Sequence record: NC_049851.1
DNA: 64,000 bases
Strand: one strand, 5' to 3'
Position 1 is the first letter of the stretch, and each line of letters opens with the position of its first letter. The notes below the pieces were generated by a model. It saw only the letters and a program-made list of their open reading frames with translations. It had not been told where the DNA came from and did no database searches. Shown piece after piece: positions 9,357-18,350 of the stretch. The translations under genes and the position numbers were made by a program.

Positions 9357-10655
9357 ATGTCTGTATCTGAAAACATCGACTTCCTGACGCCCGGCTCGGT
9401 CTGGCTTCGTGAGGCCGATGGCTCCGTAGCGAAGTTCCTGATGCTCACGAACACGAGCCTGAAGAAGAAAACGCAGGAGCAGCACCCGCCGCAAGTCATC
9501 TACGTTGACGCGCAGGGGAACTTCTACAACCGACGCGTCGAGGACTTCTTCAAGGTCTACACGTTCCACAGCGTCGACGGCGACCTCGAACGTCGTCTCG
9601 AATCCCTGATCCAGTTCAACGAAGCCGATCTGGAGCACGTGCACGACCCGGAAGACGAGCCGGTGTCCGAAGTCGCTGACGCGCTGATCAACGAAGTCGT
9701 GGACGAAGTCCCGGGCGAGTTGAGCGCCCCTGCATTCGTGGAGCAGTTCGCAACGGACCCGAGCCGGTCCCTCAACGTGTACTTCGGTCTGATCAAGAAG
9801 GAAGACACGCGAATGCCAGTGCTGTCAGCCGCCGACCTGAACGACGCGCTGGTCCACTACTCGCAGAACCCGAACCAAGAGTACGGGATCACCGAGCACC
9901 GCCTCATGTTCTCGCTCGGCGGCCCGGTCACCATCGAGAGCCTGACGGAAGCGTTCCACCCGAGCCTCGAAGTCAGCACGTACGACTGGTTCGACGTGCA
10001 CGCAAACGAGAAATCGGAAGCCATCGTCTGGGAATCGTGGATCGGTGTCTACCCCGAATACTCGATCCGGGGCCTGTACGCGACTGTCATCGTTGGTGTG
10101 CCTGACGCAAGCGCCACTGCCGCAGAAACTACCACGATGATGGAGACTCTGGAAGCCGCGAGCCGTGAAGGCAACCCGGTCCCGCTCGAAATGTGGACAG
10201 CAGCCGCAGGTGTCGATAGCGCGGCACTTCTGGCTGAAGTCGATCCTGCTGTGCACACAGCGGGGTACGCGCAGGCAGCGCCGCTTACGGTCCCGGCCGA
10301 GACGACGGAAGCCGAACTGAACGTGATGCAGCAAGCATTCATCGATGCGACGGCGCACGCGCAGCCCGAAGAAGTTTCGATTCCGGCAGCTACCATGAGC
10401 CAGACGGAAGAGATCGCGATGCTCGTCCAGAGCCTCGGTCTGACTACCGACGCCGCAAGCGAACTGGCAGCAGATGCTGAAGTCATGGCCGCAATCGCTG
10501 CGGTTCAGGCAAAACGTCGTGAAGGCACGATCACACTGCGCAACGCAGAGCCGGTATCGGACGTGACCGACGTGGAAGCCACTGACATCGTTGTCGAACC
10601 TGCGTTCTCTCCTGAGACCGCAGCCGAGATCGGGCTGAACCAACAACAGCAGTAA
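9357..10655 (+). CDS. large acidic hypothetical protein
   Basis: 432 aa; GAGGA RBS; Ala/Glu-rich C-terminal half; followed by a terminator. Confidence 0.8.
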   Translation: MSVSENIDFLTPGSVWLREADGSVAKFLMLTNTSLKKKTQEQHPPQVIYVDAQGNFYNRRVEDFFKVYTFHSVDGDLERRLESLIQFNEADLEHVHDPEDEPVSEVADALINEVVDEVPGELSAPAFVEQFATDPSRSLNVYFGLIKKEDTRMPVLSAADLNDALVHYSQNPNQEYGITEHRLMFSLGGPVTIESLTEAFHPSLEVSTYDWFDVHANEKSEAIVWESWIGVYPEYSIRGLYATVIVGVPDASATAAETTTMMETLEAASREGNPVPLEMWTAAAGVDSAALLAEVDPAVHTAGYAQAAPLTVPAETTEAELNVMQQAFIDATAHAQPEEVSIPAATMSQTEEIAMLVQSLGLTTDAASELAADAEVMAAIAAVQAKRREGTITLRNAEPVSDVTDVEATDIVVEPAFSPETAAEIGLNQQQQ

Positions 10656-10667
10656 GCGGGTAACCGC

Positions 10668-10695
10668 AGTACCCGGGCCGAGTCCCGGGTATTTT
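10668..10695 (+). terminator. intrinsic terminator
   Basis: TACCCGGG-ccgagt-CCCGGGTA followed by TTTT. Confidence 0.8.
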
Positions 10696-10711
10696 CGTTT
10701 AAGGAGTTGCA

Positions 10712-11725
10712 ATGAAAGTCGATGTAGGCGATTACGTAATCGCTAAGCCCGAAGGTGCAAAGCGCGCAGTTTTCTTCAAGGTCTCGGGCATTTCCAAGGG
10801 TATCGTGTCCGGGCGTCTGGAGAAGGACGGCCACCTGCCCAATCAAGAGAGCAAGGCAATCGAGGCACCCGTCTCCCAACTGATCGCGAACTTGGGCACC
10901 GACCCGGGCCGTGGCCGTGCGTACGGCTGCGACACGAGCCTCGTGTACAAGGGCCGCAAGACCCATGACAAGTTCGGCCCGCTCTACTGGTTCTACAAGC
11001 CGGAAGGAGACGCAGGTGAACGTGTTGTGCGCGCCTTTGACAAAGCGTACAAAGTCTTGAAGAAGAACGGCTTGGACTTCATCATCCAGCCCGAGACGTG
11101 CGTCTGGGAGATCACGCCCCCGAACGGTGAGCGGTATGCTGGCATGTACAAGCGCTCGTCCAAGCCGGAGAAGAACCCGCACCGCCTGATCATCCGTCCG
11201 GAGGTCATGGAAGAGAAGGACTGGGCGTACGTGATCTACCACGAACTGGCAGGCCACCACCTGCACTACGAGTTCCTGACGGGCTCGAAGCTGGAAGGCG
11301 CGTGGGTGAAGCTGTACAACCGAAGCGTGAAGGTCAGCGTCGTCAAGAAGGAAGACTGTGCGCGTATCCTCGAAGATTTTCTGGGTCAGGAGACCCGGCT
11401 CTCGGACTACAAGGGCCAACTCGGTGAGGATGACGCAGAGGCCCTGAAGTGGATTCTCAAGGCCATCAAGACGAACCACAAGATTTCGCTTTCCGAGATC
11501 GATTTGCTGTTTGCTGCCGACTACGCGGACGACATCCGCGCGATCTGGCCGCAGCGGGTGTCGCGCGTCGATCTGGAGCCGCTGGTCACGGAATACGCGC
11601 TCAAGAACTACAAGGAGTTGATCGCTGAGTCGATTGCGTGGTATCTTTCGGGACTCCAGCTTCCGAAGGACGTGACGAAGCTCGTGGAGAAGACTCTTGC
11701 CTACGTGAAGGCGAACCATGAGTAA
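10712..11725 (+). CDS. putative zincin-like metallopeptidase domain protein
   Basis: VIYHELAGHHLH plus downstream EYALKNYKELIAESIAWY (resembles YAxxNxxExxAE third-ligand motif). Confidence 0.55.
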   Translation: MKVDVGDYVIAKPEGAKRAVFFKVSGISKGIVSGRLEKDGHLPNQESKAIEAPVSQLIANLGTDPGRGRAYGCDTSLVYKGRKTHDKFGPLYWFYKPEGDAGERVVRAFDKAYKVLKKNGLDFIIQPETCVWEITPPNGERYAGMYKRSSKPEKNPHRLIIRPEVMEEKDWAYVIYHELAGHHLHYEFLTGSKLEGAWVKLYNRSVKVSVVKKEDCARILEDFLGQETRLSDYKGQLGEDDAEALKWILKAIKTNHKISLSEIDLLFAADYADDIRAIWPQRVSRVDLEPLVTEYALKNYKELIAESIAWYLSGLQLPKDVTKLVEKTLAYVKANHE

Positions 11726-12059
11726 CATTCGCACCGTCGGCACGGACCTGCGTGTCCTTATCAACTCGTTCTCGTGTCACGTATCGAAGACGCAGCGGGC
11801 CACGATAAATATCAGTGGACAGGTTGAAAGAATTGGGGTATCATGCCACTTCACTTTTCAACTCGGCCCCAAGAAGACGCGTCTGACGTTCAAGGACGCG
11901 TGGATCAGGGACCAGTCTCATCCGCAAGAAGTGGCGTTTGCCGTTAAGTGCGCGCTGGCCGACTTCATTCGCAAGACTGATGTGGTGCCCGACGCTTATC
12001 GGGAACAGCTAGTTCAATTGGTGCTTCGGCATCACCTACAGGACAAGGAGCAACGATGA
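11718..12059 (+). CDS. hypothetical protein
   Basis: Overlapping coupled ORF. Confidence 0.65.
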   Translation: MSNIRTVGTDLRVLINSFSCHVSKTQRATINISGQVERIGVSCHFTFQLGPKKTRLTFKDAWIRDQSHPQEVAFAVKCALADFIRKTDVVPDAYREQLVQLVLRHHLQDKEQR

Positions 12060-12520
12060 TCGAATACACCAACCGCGAAGACTTCGATGACGGGCTGGAC
12101 AGCGAACTTCTCGTCAAGTTCGACTCGCTGTTGGGCGAGACCATCGTCGGCGTCGAAGACGACCCGCAGCGACGCTACATCATCTTCACGACGATGAGCG
12201 GGCGTATGCTCAAGCTTTACCACATGGACAGTTGTTGCGAGGATGTGTACATCGAATCGATCACTGGTGACCTGTTCGATCTGTTGGGCACCCCGCTTCT
12301 GCTGGCCAACGAGTCGACGAGCGACGAGAACCCGAAGGCGCAGCCGCGACCAGACTACCTCGATGAAGAGGACGACTGGGATGGGACGCCGGAACATTTC
12401 CAGTGGACGTTCTATCGACTGGCTACCGCACGCGGTTTCGTCGACATCCGATTCTACGGTTCGAGCAACGGGCACTACTCGGTGAAGGTACGGCTCGCAG
12501 ACATTACGGACAACCAATGA
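12056..12520 (+). CDS. conserved phage hypothetical protein
   Basis: LYHMDSCCEDVYIE...WTFYRLAT.RG.VDIRFYGSSNGHYS is a pattern recalled from many phage proteins; not searched. Confidence 0.75.
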   Translation: MIEYTNREDFDDGLDSELLVKFDSLLGETIVGVEDDPQRRYIIFTTMSGRMLKLYHMDSCCEDVYIESITGDLFDLLGTPLLLANESTSDENPKAQPRPDYLDEEDDWDGTPEHFQWTFYRLATARGFVDIRFYGSSNGHYSVKVRLADITDNQ

Positions 12521-12876
12521 CGATCAAGATCGTGGTGCCGCCTTCGGGCGGTATCGAGTGGGTCAAGAAAAAGAAGAACGTGCTCGTATCCGATTCTTGG
12601 CTACCACTAGCCTTTGCCCGCGAGGCCCACATCGAGGAACGGGAAGAAATGGTGATGGTGCGAAAGCCCACGCTGGTTACTCTCGACTTCGGTGCCGACT
12701 TCGACATGGAGCCGTGGATCGAACTGCTGTATAGGTACGCGCGCAGCAGCATGAGCGGCCGGTCGCCCAAGCGGGATATCGAGGTCGAGGGGTTGCTGTT
12801 GCGCGGCGTGTATCCGATGGACAACGTAGAGGGTAGCACGTGGGTGTGCTCCATCGACATGTGGGAGAAAGCATGA
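12517..12876 (+). CDS. hypothetical protein
   Basis: ATGA-coupled start at 12517. Confidence 0.65.
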   Translation: MTIKIVVPPSGGIEWVKKKKNVLVSDSWLPLAFAREAHIEEREEMVMVRKPTLVTLDFGADFDMEPWIELLYRYARSSMSGRSPKRDIEVEGLLLRGVYPMDNVEGSTWVCSIDMWEKA

Positions 12877-13334
12877 AGGTAGTGGACAAAGACATCATGA
12901 ACGGGGTGCTGGTCGTCGACTTCGAGGACTACGACGTTCAGGGTTGGTTCGAGGAAGTCACGGCTCCCAGCACGGATGTGGCGTTCGGCGCACCGCGCAT
13001 GTACCGACGTGATCTCGTGATCGACGGTACACTATACATCGGCCTGTTCCCGGTCATCCGCCGTGGCACGAGCACCGTGTGGGAGTGCAGTGTCCGGTAT
13101 ACGGACCCGCGCTACACCAATGTCAAGTTCGTTGTATGCGCTGACGACGTGAAGAGCAAGCACGATGGGCAGTGGCATTTCGTGTCAGCCCAGCAGATCG
13201 CGCGCCTCCACAACCTGCGGCCCAGTCAGTGGGTCACGTTGCAGCAGGCACAGAAAATCGGACTCTCGCTTGAGGGCCTTACGATCCTGCGCCCGCGATT
13301 CGACGGGGACTACAAGGACTACAGCGGGGCATGA
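12873..13334 (+). CDS. hypothetical protein
   Basis: ATGA-coupled start at 12873. Confidence 0.65.
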   Translation: MKVVDKDIMNGVLVVDFEDYDVQGWFEEVTAPSTDVAFGAPRMYRRDLVIDGTLYIGLFPVIRRGTSTVWECSVRYTDPRYTNVKFVVCADDVKSKHDGQWHFVSAQQIARLHNLRPSQWVTLQQAQKIGLSLEGLTILRPRFDGDYKDYSGA

Positions 13335-13720
13335 TGTTTAGCACCACCGCGTACCATTCGTCGAACTTCCTGTTCGATTTCCCCGTACAGGCAAAGGCTA
13401 ACGCGAATCGTAAATACACAGATCGGCATGCCAATGGCCTTCTAGGTCTGTGGTGCTCCGTTACCGAGCGCGGGCGCTCCGCATTCGGACGTTACCTGTA
13501 TGAATTCGAGATCGACGCTGACTGGCCTTCGGTCCTGAACATCAAGTTGAGCACTCTGTTCGGGATCAGTGATCCGACAGAGTTGCGTGACTTGCGTAAG
13601 ACTTGGCTCGATAATGGGACCAAGGTAGTGCGGCTTAGCGAGTGCGATCAGGTCTTTCAGGCCATTGTGCTCGATTTCCGCGTCATCAAAAACTGGCACC
13701 TAGTTGAAGAGAAGAAATGA
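13331..13720 (+). CDS. putative ADP-ribosyltransferase-fold protein (ART-PolyVal-like)
   Basis: AYHSS...F; GLLGLWCS; FGRYLYEFEI; LDNGTKVV...QAIVLD...IK parallels the YHG(S/T)...G.G.YF(S/T)...YG..LY...GYDG....E.VVF...QIK pattern. Confidence 0.5.
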   Translation: MMFSTTAYHSSNFLFDFPVQAKANANRKYTDRHANGLLGLWCSVTERGRSAFGRYLYEFEIDADWPSVLNIKLSTLFGISDPTELRDLRKTWLDNGTKVVRLSECDQVFQAIVLDFRVIKNWHLVEEKK

Positions 13721-14637
13721 GCCACACAAATCAACCGTTTCACGGTAAAGTTTCAGAAGTACGCGTGATCGAGCATTCGCGCTCATCGAAGTCGGGCACT
13801 GACCTGATCACGTTCCAACTGAAGTACCCACGCTACATCCACGCTGAGTTCATGACCCATCGTGTATTCAGCCGCAACGCCAGCAGCAGTCGTGCGATCC
13901 CAGCCAAAAAGCTGATCGCACAAGTCCGCGAAGAGCCGGTGTTCTTTGCTCACGTTGGCAAGAACATCCCGGGCATGCAGGCAGTCGACGAAGTGCACGC
14001 CGACACGCTGTCCCAGTTCCAATCCGAATGGAAGGAACTGGCCAACATCACTGCCGACTACGTAGAGCGTTGGTCCAACGACTACGGCATCCACAAGCAG
14101 GTTGCGAACCGCGTGCTCGAAGCATTCACGAGCATCAGCGTCGTGGTAACGTCGAGCCAGTGGGACAACTTCTTCGAACTGCGCGACCACGCGGATGCGC
14201 AGCCTGAGATCAAGGACTTGGCCGGAACCATGCGTGCAGCGCTCGCTGCGTCGGTGCCGCGTATCCTCGATCCGAAGGTGCTGACGGACCCGCGTGCATG
14301 GCACTTGCCGTACGTGACAATGCAAGAGCGTCAAGCTCATCCGATCACCGAGTTGCTGGCAATGAGTGCAGCGCGTTGCGCCCGGGTCTCGTACTTGACG
14401 CACGACGGCATGAATCCGCTGCTGGCCAAGGACATCGAGTTGTACCGTCGACTGGTCGAGAGCAAGCCGCTGCACGCGTCACCGCTCGAACATCAGGCGA
14501 TTGCTACATCCTTTGACTATCCGTCGAAAAACTTGACGGGTGGCTGGATGCAGCACCGGACGCTGCTTGAAACTGCTGGCTCCATCGATCAGATGCACGA
14601 ACGCATGGGCTTTGCCCCGGCACCCGTTACGCAATAA
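13717..14637 (+). CDS. thyX: flavin-dependent thymidylate synthase
   Basis: PRYIHAEFMTHRVFSRNASSSRAIP ThyX signature; SAARCARVSY; HASPLEH. Confidence 0.93.
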   Translation: MSHTNQPFHGKVSEVRVIEHSRSSKSGTDLITFQLKYPRYIHAEFMTHRVFSRNASSSRAIPAKKLIAQVREEPVFFAHVGKNIPGMQAVDEVHADTLSQFQSEWKELANITADYVERWSNDYGIHKQVANRVLEAFTSISVVVTSSQWDNFFELRDHADAQPEIKDLAGTMRAALAASVPRILDPKVLTDPRAWHLPYVTMQERQAHPITELLAMSAARCARVSYLTHDGMNPLLAKDIELYRRLVESKPLHASPLEHQAIATSFDYPSKNLTGGWMQHRTLLETAGSIDQMHERMGFAPAPVTQ

Positions 14638-14681
14638 GGGCCCGGCGCTACGTAATTTGATTGGGTGAATAAGGAGGGCTT

Positions 14682-15353
14682 ATGCTCACACTACCCCAGA
14701 TTGCGCAGCGCACGAGTGCACGACGTAAAGAGAGCGCTAAGTACGTGAAGATCACGTACCAGAAGCGTGGGTGGGATAGCCTCGGACGTGGCTATGTCGC
14801 CTGCGCCTCTTACTCGACCAAAATCTGGGACCCGTATAAGCGGAAATATGTTCGCAACACGCGGGGCCCCGGTGGTAAGCCGAGACGGTACGTGACTGTT
14901 ATTGTTTTTCTTGACCCGAGGCTGCATGTTGCTGTATCATGTAGCTGCCCAGACTTCCGCTACCGCTGGGAAGTCGCGTTGAACCGGAAACAAGCCGCCG
15001 AGATCGAATACTCGAACGGGGAATTGCCGGTAATACGAAATCCGCGCATGACCACCTCGTCTTGTAAGCATTTGTTCAAGCTTTACGAGACGATCAAACC
15101 TCAGCTTCCGGCCCGTCGCGCAGGCGACGATACGCCGCCGATTGCACCGCCCCAGATCGGGGTCGCACCGTCTCAGCTACGGAAGGTCGAGGAAGCGCGT
15201 CGCGCGGCCCTGAAGAACGCGGTTAAACCCGTGGTGATCAAGGCTCCGACAAACGTGCAAAGGTCGGTCAAACCGGGCAAGAAGCAATCCACGCTGCCGC
15301 GCTCTGCCGTCGCGCCTATTGCGCAACGCATGAAGCAGAGAAGGAATAAGTGA
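14682..15353 (+). CDS. SWIM zinc-finger protein, basic
   Basis: VSCSCPDFRYRW...SCKHL (CxC...CxH SWIM); AGGAGG RBS. Confidence 0.75.
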   Translation: MLTLPQIAQRTSARRKESAKYVKITYQKRGWDSLGRGYVACASYSTKIWDPYKRKYVRNTRGPGGKPRRYVTVIVFLDPRLHVAVSCSCPDFRYRWEVALNRKQAAEIEYSNGELPVIRNPRMTTSSCKHLFKLYETIKPQLPARRAGDDTPPIAPPQIGVAPSQLRKVEEARRAALKNAVKPVVIKAPTNVQRSVKPGKKQSTLPRSAVAPIAQRMKQRRNK

Positions 15354-16321
15354 TGAAAAGTTATGAACACTCAGCCTCGTTCTCGAAGCTGAAAAACATC
15401 ACGGAGAGGATTAGCAAGAACCTGACGACGCTGGAATATCTCCACACGCTCGACATGTTCTTGTGGAAGGCGCTCGCGCCGATCCACGCGGAGTGTCCGT
15501 CGCTTTTCCAGAACTACGTGGCAAAGATTGTGGCACGGCAGACCCGCAAGGCGAGCCGACGCTTCACCTCGGACGACCGGACAAAGCTTCCGATTCACCT
15601 GTTCAACATGGTGACTACGAAGGACCCGAAGAAGGCACACGAGCACGCACGTGCCATGCACCTGAATCGCGGTCTCATGTTCGGTTTCATCGCCCTGTTC
15701 TTCAGGCGCGTTGAACAGTACGAGCACCTGCACACTGCTCTCGATCTCGATCCGATTGTTCGGAATTCGAAGATTTACGAGATCGAGCGCAGTATCGGCC
15801 TCCGTCCCGGGGCCGCGCTGTTCACGGCGGTGCAGGAGGCGCGCTTCTGGTACACGAAAGCCCGCAACTTCAAGAACATGATTCTTGAAAAATACACGCG
15901 ACTCGCGCTAATGCATGCGAAGACCACGTATAAGGACTTCAACCACCACGTACGTCTGGATGACGTTATCCAGATTTACATGATCGTTGTGTCCCGGGCA
16001 ATCGACCGCTGCGACGCGCGTCAGGGCGTGCTCACCACGTTCATCACGAACTGGTTCAAGAGCGCGCGGTCCGAGGTCGCTGAAATGGCCAAGGATCAGG
16101 GTGATCAGTCGTACGAAGCACTGGTCGAGGAAATGGGGGACGCGAGTTCGGAGATTCTGGGCTCGACGGACGGAGGTCTGGGTGACGACATGCACGACCA
16201 CATCGCGTATGTTGCCAAGCAGATCGACAAGCAAGGCTATGTCCGGGCCGCACTCCATATCCCCGAGCGGCTATCGAAAAAACAGCTTCAGATTCTTGAG
16301 GCATTCGTTCTGGAGGAATGA
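15350..16321 (+). CDS. sigma70-like transcription factor (region 2 recognisable)
   Basis: ILEKYTRLALMHAK...LDDVIQ...SRAIDRCDARQGVLTTFITNWFK parallels sigma regions 2.1-2.4 (NLRLV..IAK...DLIQEG...A..KFD...G..FSTYA.WW). Confidence 0.7.
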   Translation: MMKSYEHSASFSKLKNITERISKNLTTLEYLHTLDMFLWKALAPIHAECPSLFQNYVAKIVARQTRKASRRFTSDDRTKLPIHLFNMVTTKDPKKAHEHARAMHLNRGLMFGFIALFFRRVEQYEHLHTALDLDPIVRNSKIYEIERSIGLRPGAALFTAVQEARFWYTKARNFKNMILEKYTRLALMHAKTTYKDFNHHVRLDDVIQIYMIVVSRAIDRCDARQGVLTTFITNWFKSARSEVAEMAKDQGDQSYEALVEEMGDASSEILGSTDGGLGDDMHDHIAYVAKQIDKQGYVRAALHIPERLSKKQLQILEAFVLEE

Positions 16322-16322
16322 T

Positions 16323-16673
16323 TTGAGCAATCCGCTCGAACTGTCGGTGACGGCAATGAAATCGTTGCTTGCCGACTACGCGCTCCGTGCGAAGCAAGCT
16401 GAGGAAACCGCAGGACTGCTAATGGCCAAGACGCTGGATGAGGTCGGCCGCCTGCACCTGTTCCAGTTGCTTCAGCAGCACATCGAGGCACGGGCCCACG
16501 ACAGAGCAGTTCACCAGCAGGCCGTGATTCAAACCACGTGCTTAGCACTCGCAACTGCGCTGTCGCAGGACGACGAATCCCTGCGTGACGCAGTGATACG
16601 CATCCACAAGAACCTGTCGCTCGCGGCTGATGCTGCGATGCAAGTACCCATATCGGCCGACGCTAGTAAATAA
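16323..16673 (+). CDS. hypothetical helical protein
   Basis: TTG start 5 nt after GGAGGA; 3' part of ORF-track 15987..16673. Confidence 0.65.
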   Translation: MSNPLELSVTAMKSLLADYALRAKQAEETAGLLMAKTLDEVGRLHLFQLLQQHIEARAHDRAVHQQAVIQTTCLALATALSQDDESLRDAVIRIHKNLSLAADAAMQVPISADASK

Positions 16674-16674
16674 G
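16661..16674 (+). promoter_or_regulatory. class A motif CGCTAGTAAATAAG
   Basis: Identical to 9307-9320; lies upstream of the SSB-like gene. Confidence 0.55.
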
Positions 16675-16720
16675 GTCAGCAGTAGCAACAGCAACCAACC
16701 AATCGCAAGAAGGAAGAAGT

Positions 16721-18256
16721 ATGGCACGCCAAAAGGGCACCGATTTCGACAACATCAACACCAACGGCAACAAACGTGACAAAGTGAAGGTCACGGACGT
16801 GGTGACCCTGTTCAAGTTCCCGGAAAAGAAGTGGGTGACTCTGCGCCTGTACGGTGACATCCACTCGTACGCAACCGCGTGGGTGAAGACGAAGACGAAG
16901 GACGGCAAGTCCACGAAGTTCCCGATCGATCTTCCGTCGTACGACCCGACGACCCAGACGTTCGACAGCACGAAGTACGACCCGTGGTACGAGTTCTCGC
17001 AACAAGAGCGCGACAACAACGTCGAGCGTGACGACCAGATGATTCAGGTCGGCCGCAAGTTCTACATGAACGCGCTGCTGCGTCACCTCCAGAAGCAACA
17101 ACCGAGCACGAAGATTCGTCCGACGAGCACCGAGAAGGAAACGGGCTTCAAGGACAAGGACAGCGACACGTGGACGCCGTGGCAAGTTCTGGCGCTGAGC
17201 CCGGGCCTGATCGGCAAGATTCGCGAACTGAAGGGTCTCAACACCGTGACCTCGAAGAAGACGGGTGCCACGAAGACGTACAACGTGTCGGACGAGAAGT
17301 TCGGTCGCGACATCCGTATCCTGTACGATTCGACGAAATCGCCGGGTGACCAGTACCAAGTGGTGCCGGGTGATTCGCGCACTCCGATGACGGAAGAAGA
17401 ACTCTCGTTCCTGCGCTGGGACACGTCGGCTCTCGCATCGGAACCGCCGAGCGACGAGGAAACGAAGAAGGAATTCGAGTCGTGGGCCAAGCGCAACGGC
17501 ATCAAGCTGAAGTCGGGCAAGCGCCGTGACGAAGAGGACATCGACGAGGACGAAGACGAGTCCCCGAAGAAGGGCAAGTCGAAGAAGACGACGACCTCGA
17601 AGAAGAAGCAAGTCGAAGAAGACGACGAGGACGATGAAGACCTCGACGGTGACGACGATGGCCTCGACGAGGACGAAGACGACGAACCGGCTCCGAAGAA
17701 GGGCAAGAAGGCCCCGGCCAAGGGCAAGAAGGTCGTCGAAGAAGACGACGATGACGACCTCGACGAAGACGAAGACGAAGACGAAGACGAGGATGACGAA
17801 CCGGCCCCGAAGAAGGGCAAGAAGGCGGCTCCTGCCAAGGGCAAGAAGAAGCAGGTCGACGAAGACGACGAGGACGAAGACGACGAAGACCTCGATGACG
17901 ACGAAGACGACGAACCTGCACCCAAGAAAGGCAAGGCAGTGAAGGGCAAGAAGAAGCCGGTCGAAGAAGACGACGAAGACGAGGACGATGACGACCTCGA
18001 CGAAGACGAGGACGAAGACGACGAGCCCGCGCCGAAGAAGAGCAAGAAGGCTGCACCGAAGGGCAAGAAGAAGCCTGTCGAGGACGACGAAGACGAGGAT
18101 GAAGACGAAGACCTCGACGACGATGAAGACGACGAGGACGAAGAACCGGCCCCGAAGAAGAGCAAGAAGCCTGCTGCGAAGAAGGTGGCAAAGAAGACCA
18201 GCAAGAAGAAGCCGGTCGAAGAAGACGAGGACGACGAAGACGACCTCGACGACTAA
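16721..18256 (+). CDS. probable single-stranded DNA-binding protein with long alternating acidic/basic C-terminal tail
   Basis: ~265 aa globular N-domain, then D/E and K blocks ending DDLDD*; immediately upstream of the RecA-like gene (gp32/UvsX-like synteny). SSB call is inference. Confidence 0.55.
   Translation: MARQKGTDFDNINTNGNKRDKVKVTDVVTLFKFPEKKWVTLRLYGDIHSYATAWVKTKTKDGKSTKFPIDLPSYDPTTQTFDSTKYDPWYEFSQQERDNNVERDDQMIQVGRKFYMNALLRHLQKQQPSTKIRPTSTEKETGFKDKDSDTWTPWQVLALSPGLIGKIRELKGLNTVTSKKTGATKTYNVSDEKFGRDIRILYDSTKSPGDQYQVVPGDSRTPMTEEELSFLRWDTSALASEPPSDEETKKEFESWAKRNGIKLKSGKRRDEEDIDEDEDESPKKGKSKKTTTSKKKQVEEDDEDDEDLDGDDDGLDEDEDDEPAPKKGKKAPAKGKKVVEEDDDDDLDEDEDEDEDEDDEPAPKKGKKAAPAKGKKKQVDEDDEDEDDEDLDDDEDDEPAPKKGKAVKGKKKPVEEDDEDEDDDDLDEDEDEDDEPAPKKSKKAAPKGKKKPVEDDEDEDEDEDLDDDEDDEDEEPAPKKSKKPAAKKVAKKTSKKKPVEEDEDDEDDLDD
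17530..18253 (+). repeat. coding low-complexity tandem repeat (about 5-6 acidic/basic units)
   Basis: Repeated gacgaagac runs and ccgaagaagggcaagaag-type units encoding D/E blocks and EPAPKK(G/S)KK. Confidence 0.95.
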
Positions 18257-18269
18257 GCCAGCGTCGACG

Positions 18270-18278
18270 TAGTAAATA
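18270..18278 (+). promoter_or_regulatory. class A motif TAGTAAATA
   Basis: Intergenic, upstream of the RecA-like gene. Confidence 0.5.
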
Positions 18279-18287
18279 AAGTAGGAC

Positions 18288-18323
18288 AGAGCCCGGTAGG
18301 CAGAAGTCTATCGGGCTCTTTTT
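18288..18323 (+). terminator. intrinsic terminator-like hairpin
   Basis: AGAGCCCGGTAG...CTATCGGGCTCT followed by a T-run. Confidence 0.8.
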
Positions 18324-18350
18324 GTTTCCTAATAACCGGAACATAGCTAC

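Noticed and set aside
17530-18253. Repeat array considered as CRISPR or other non-coding repeat
   Set aside because: Repeats are in-frame, of variable length and codon-degenerate, with no unique spacers; no cas genes in the window.
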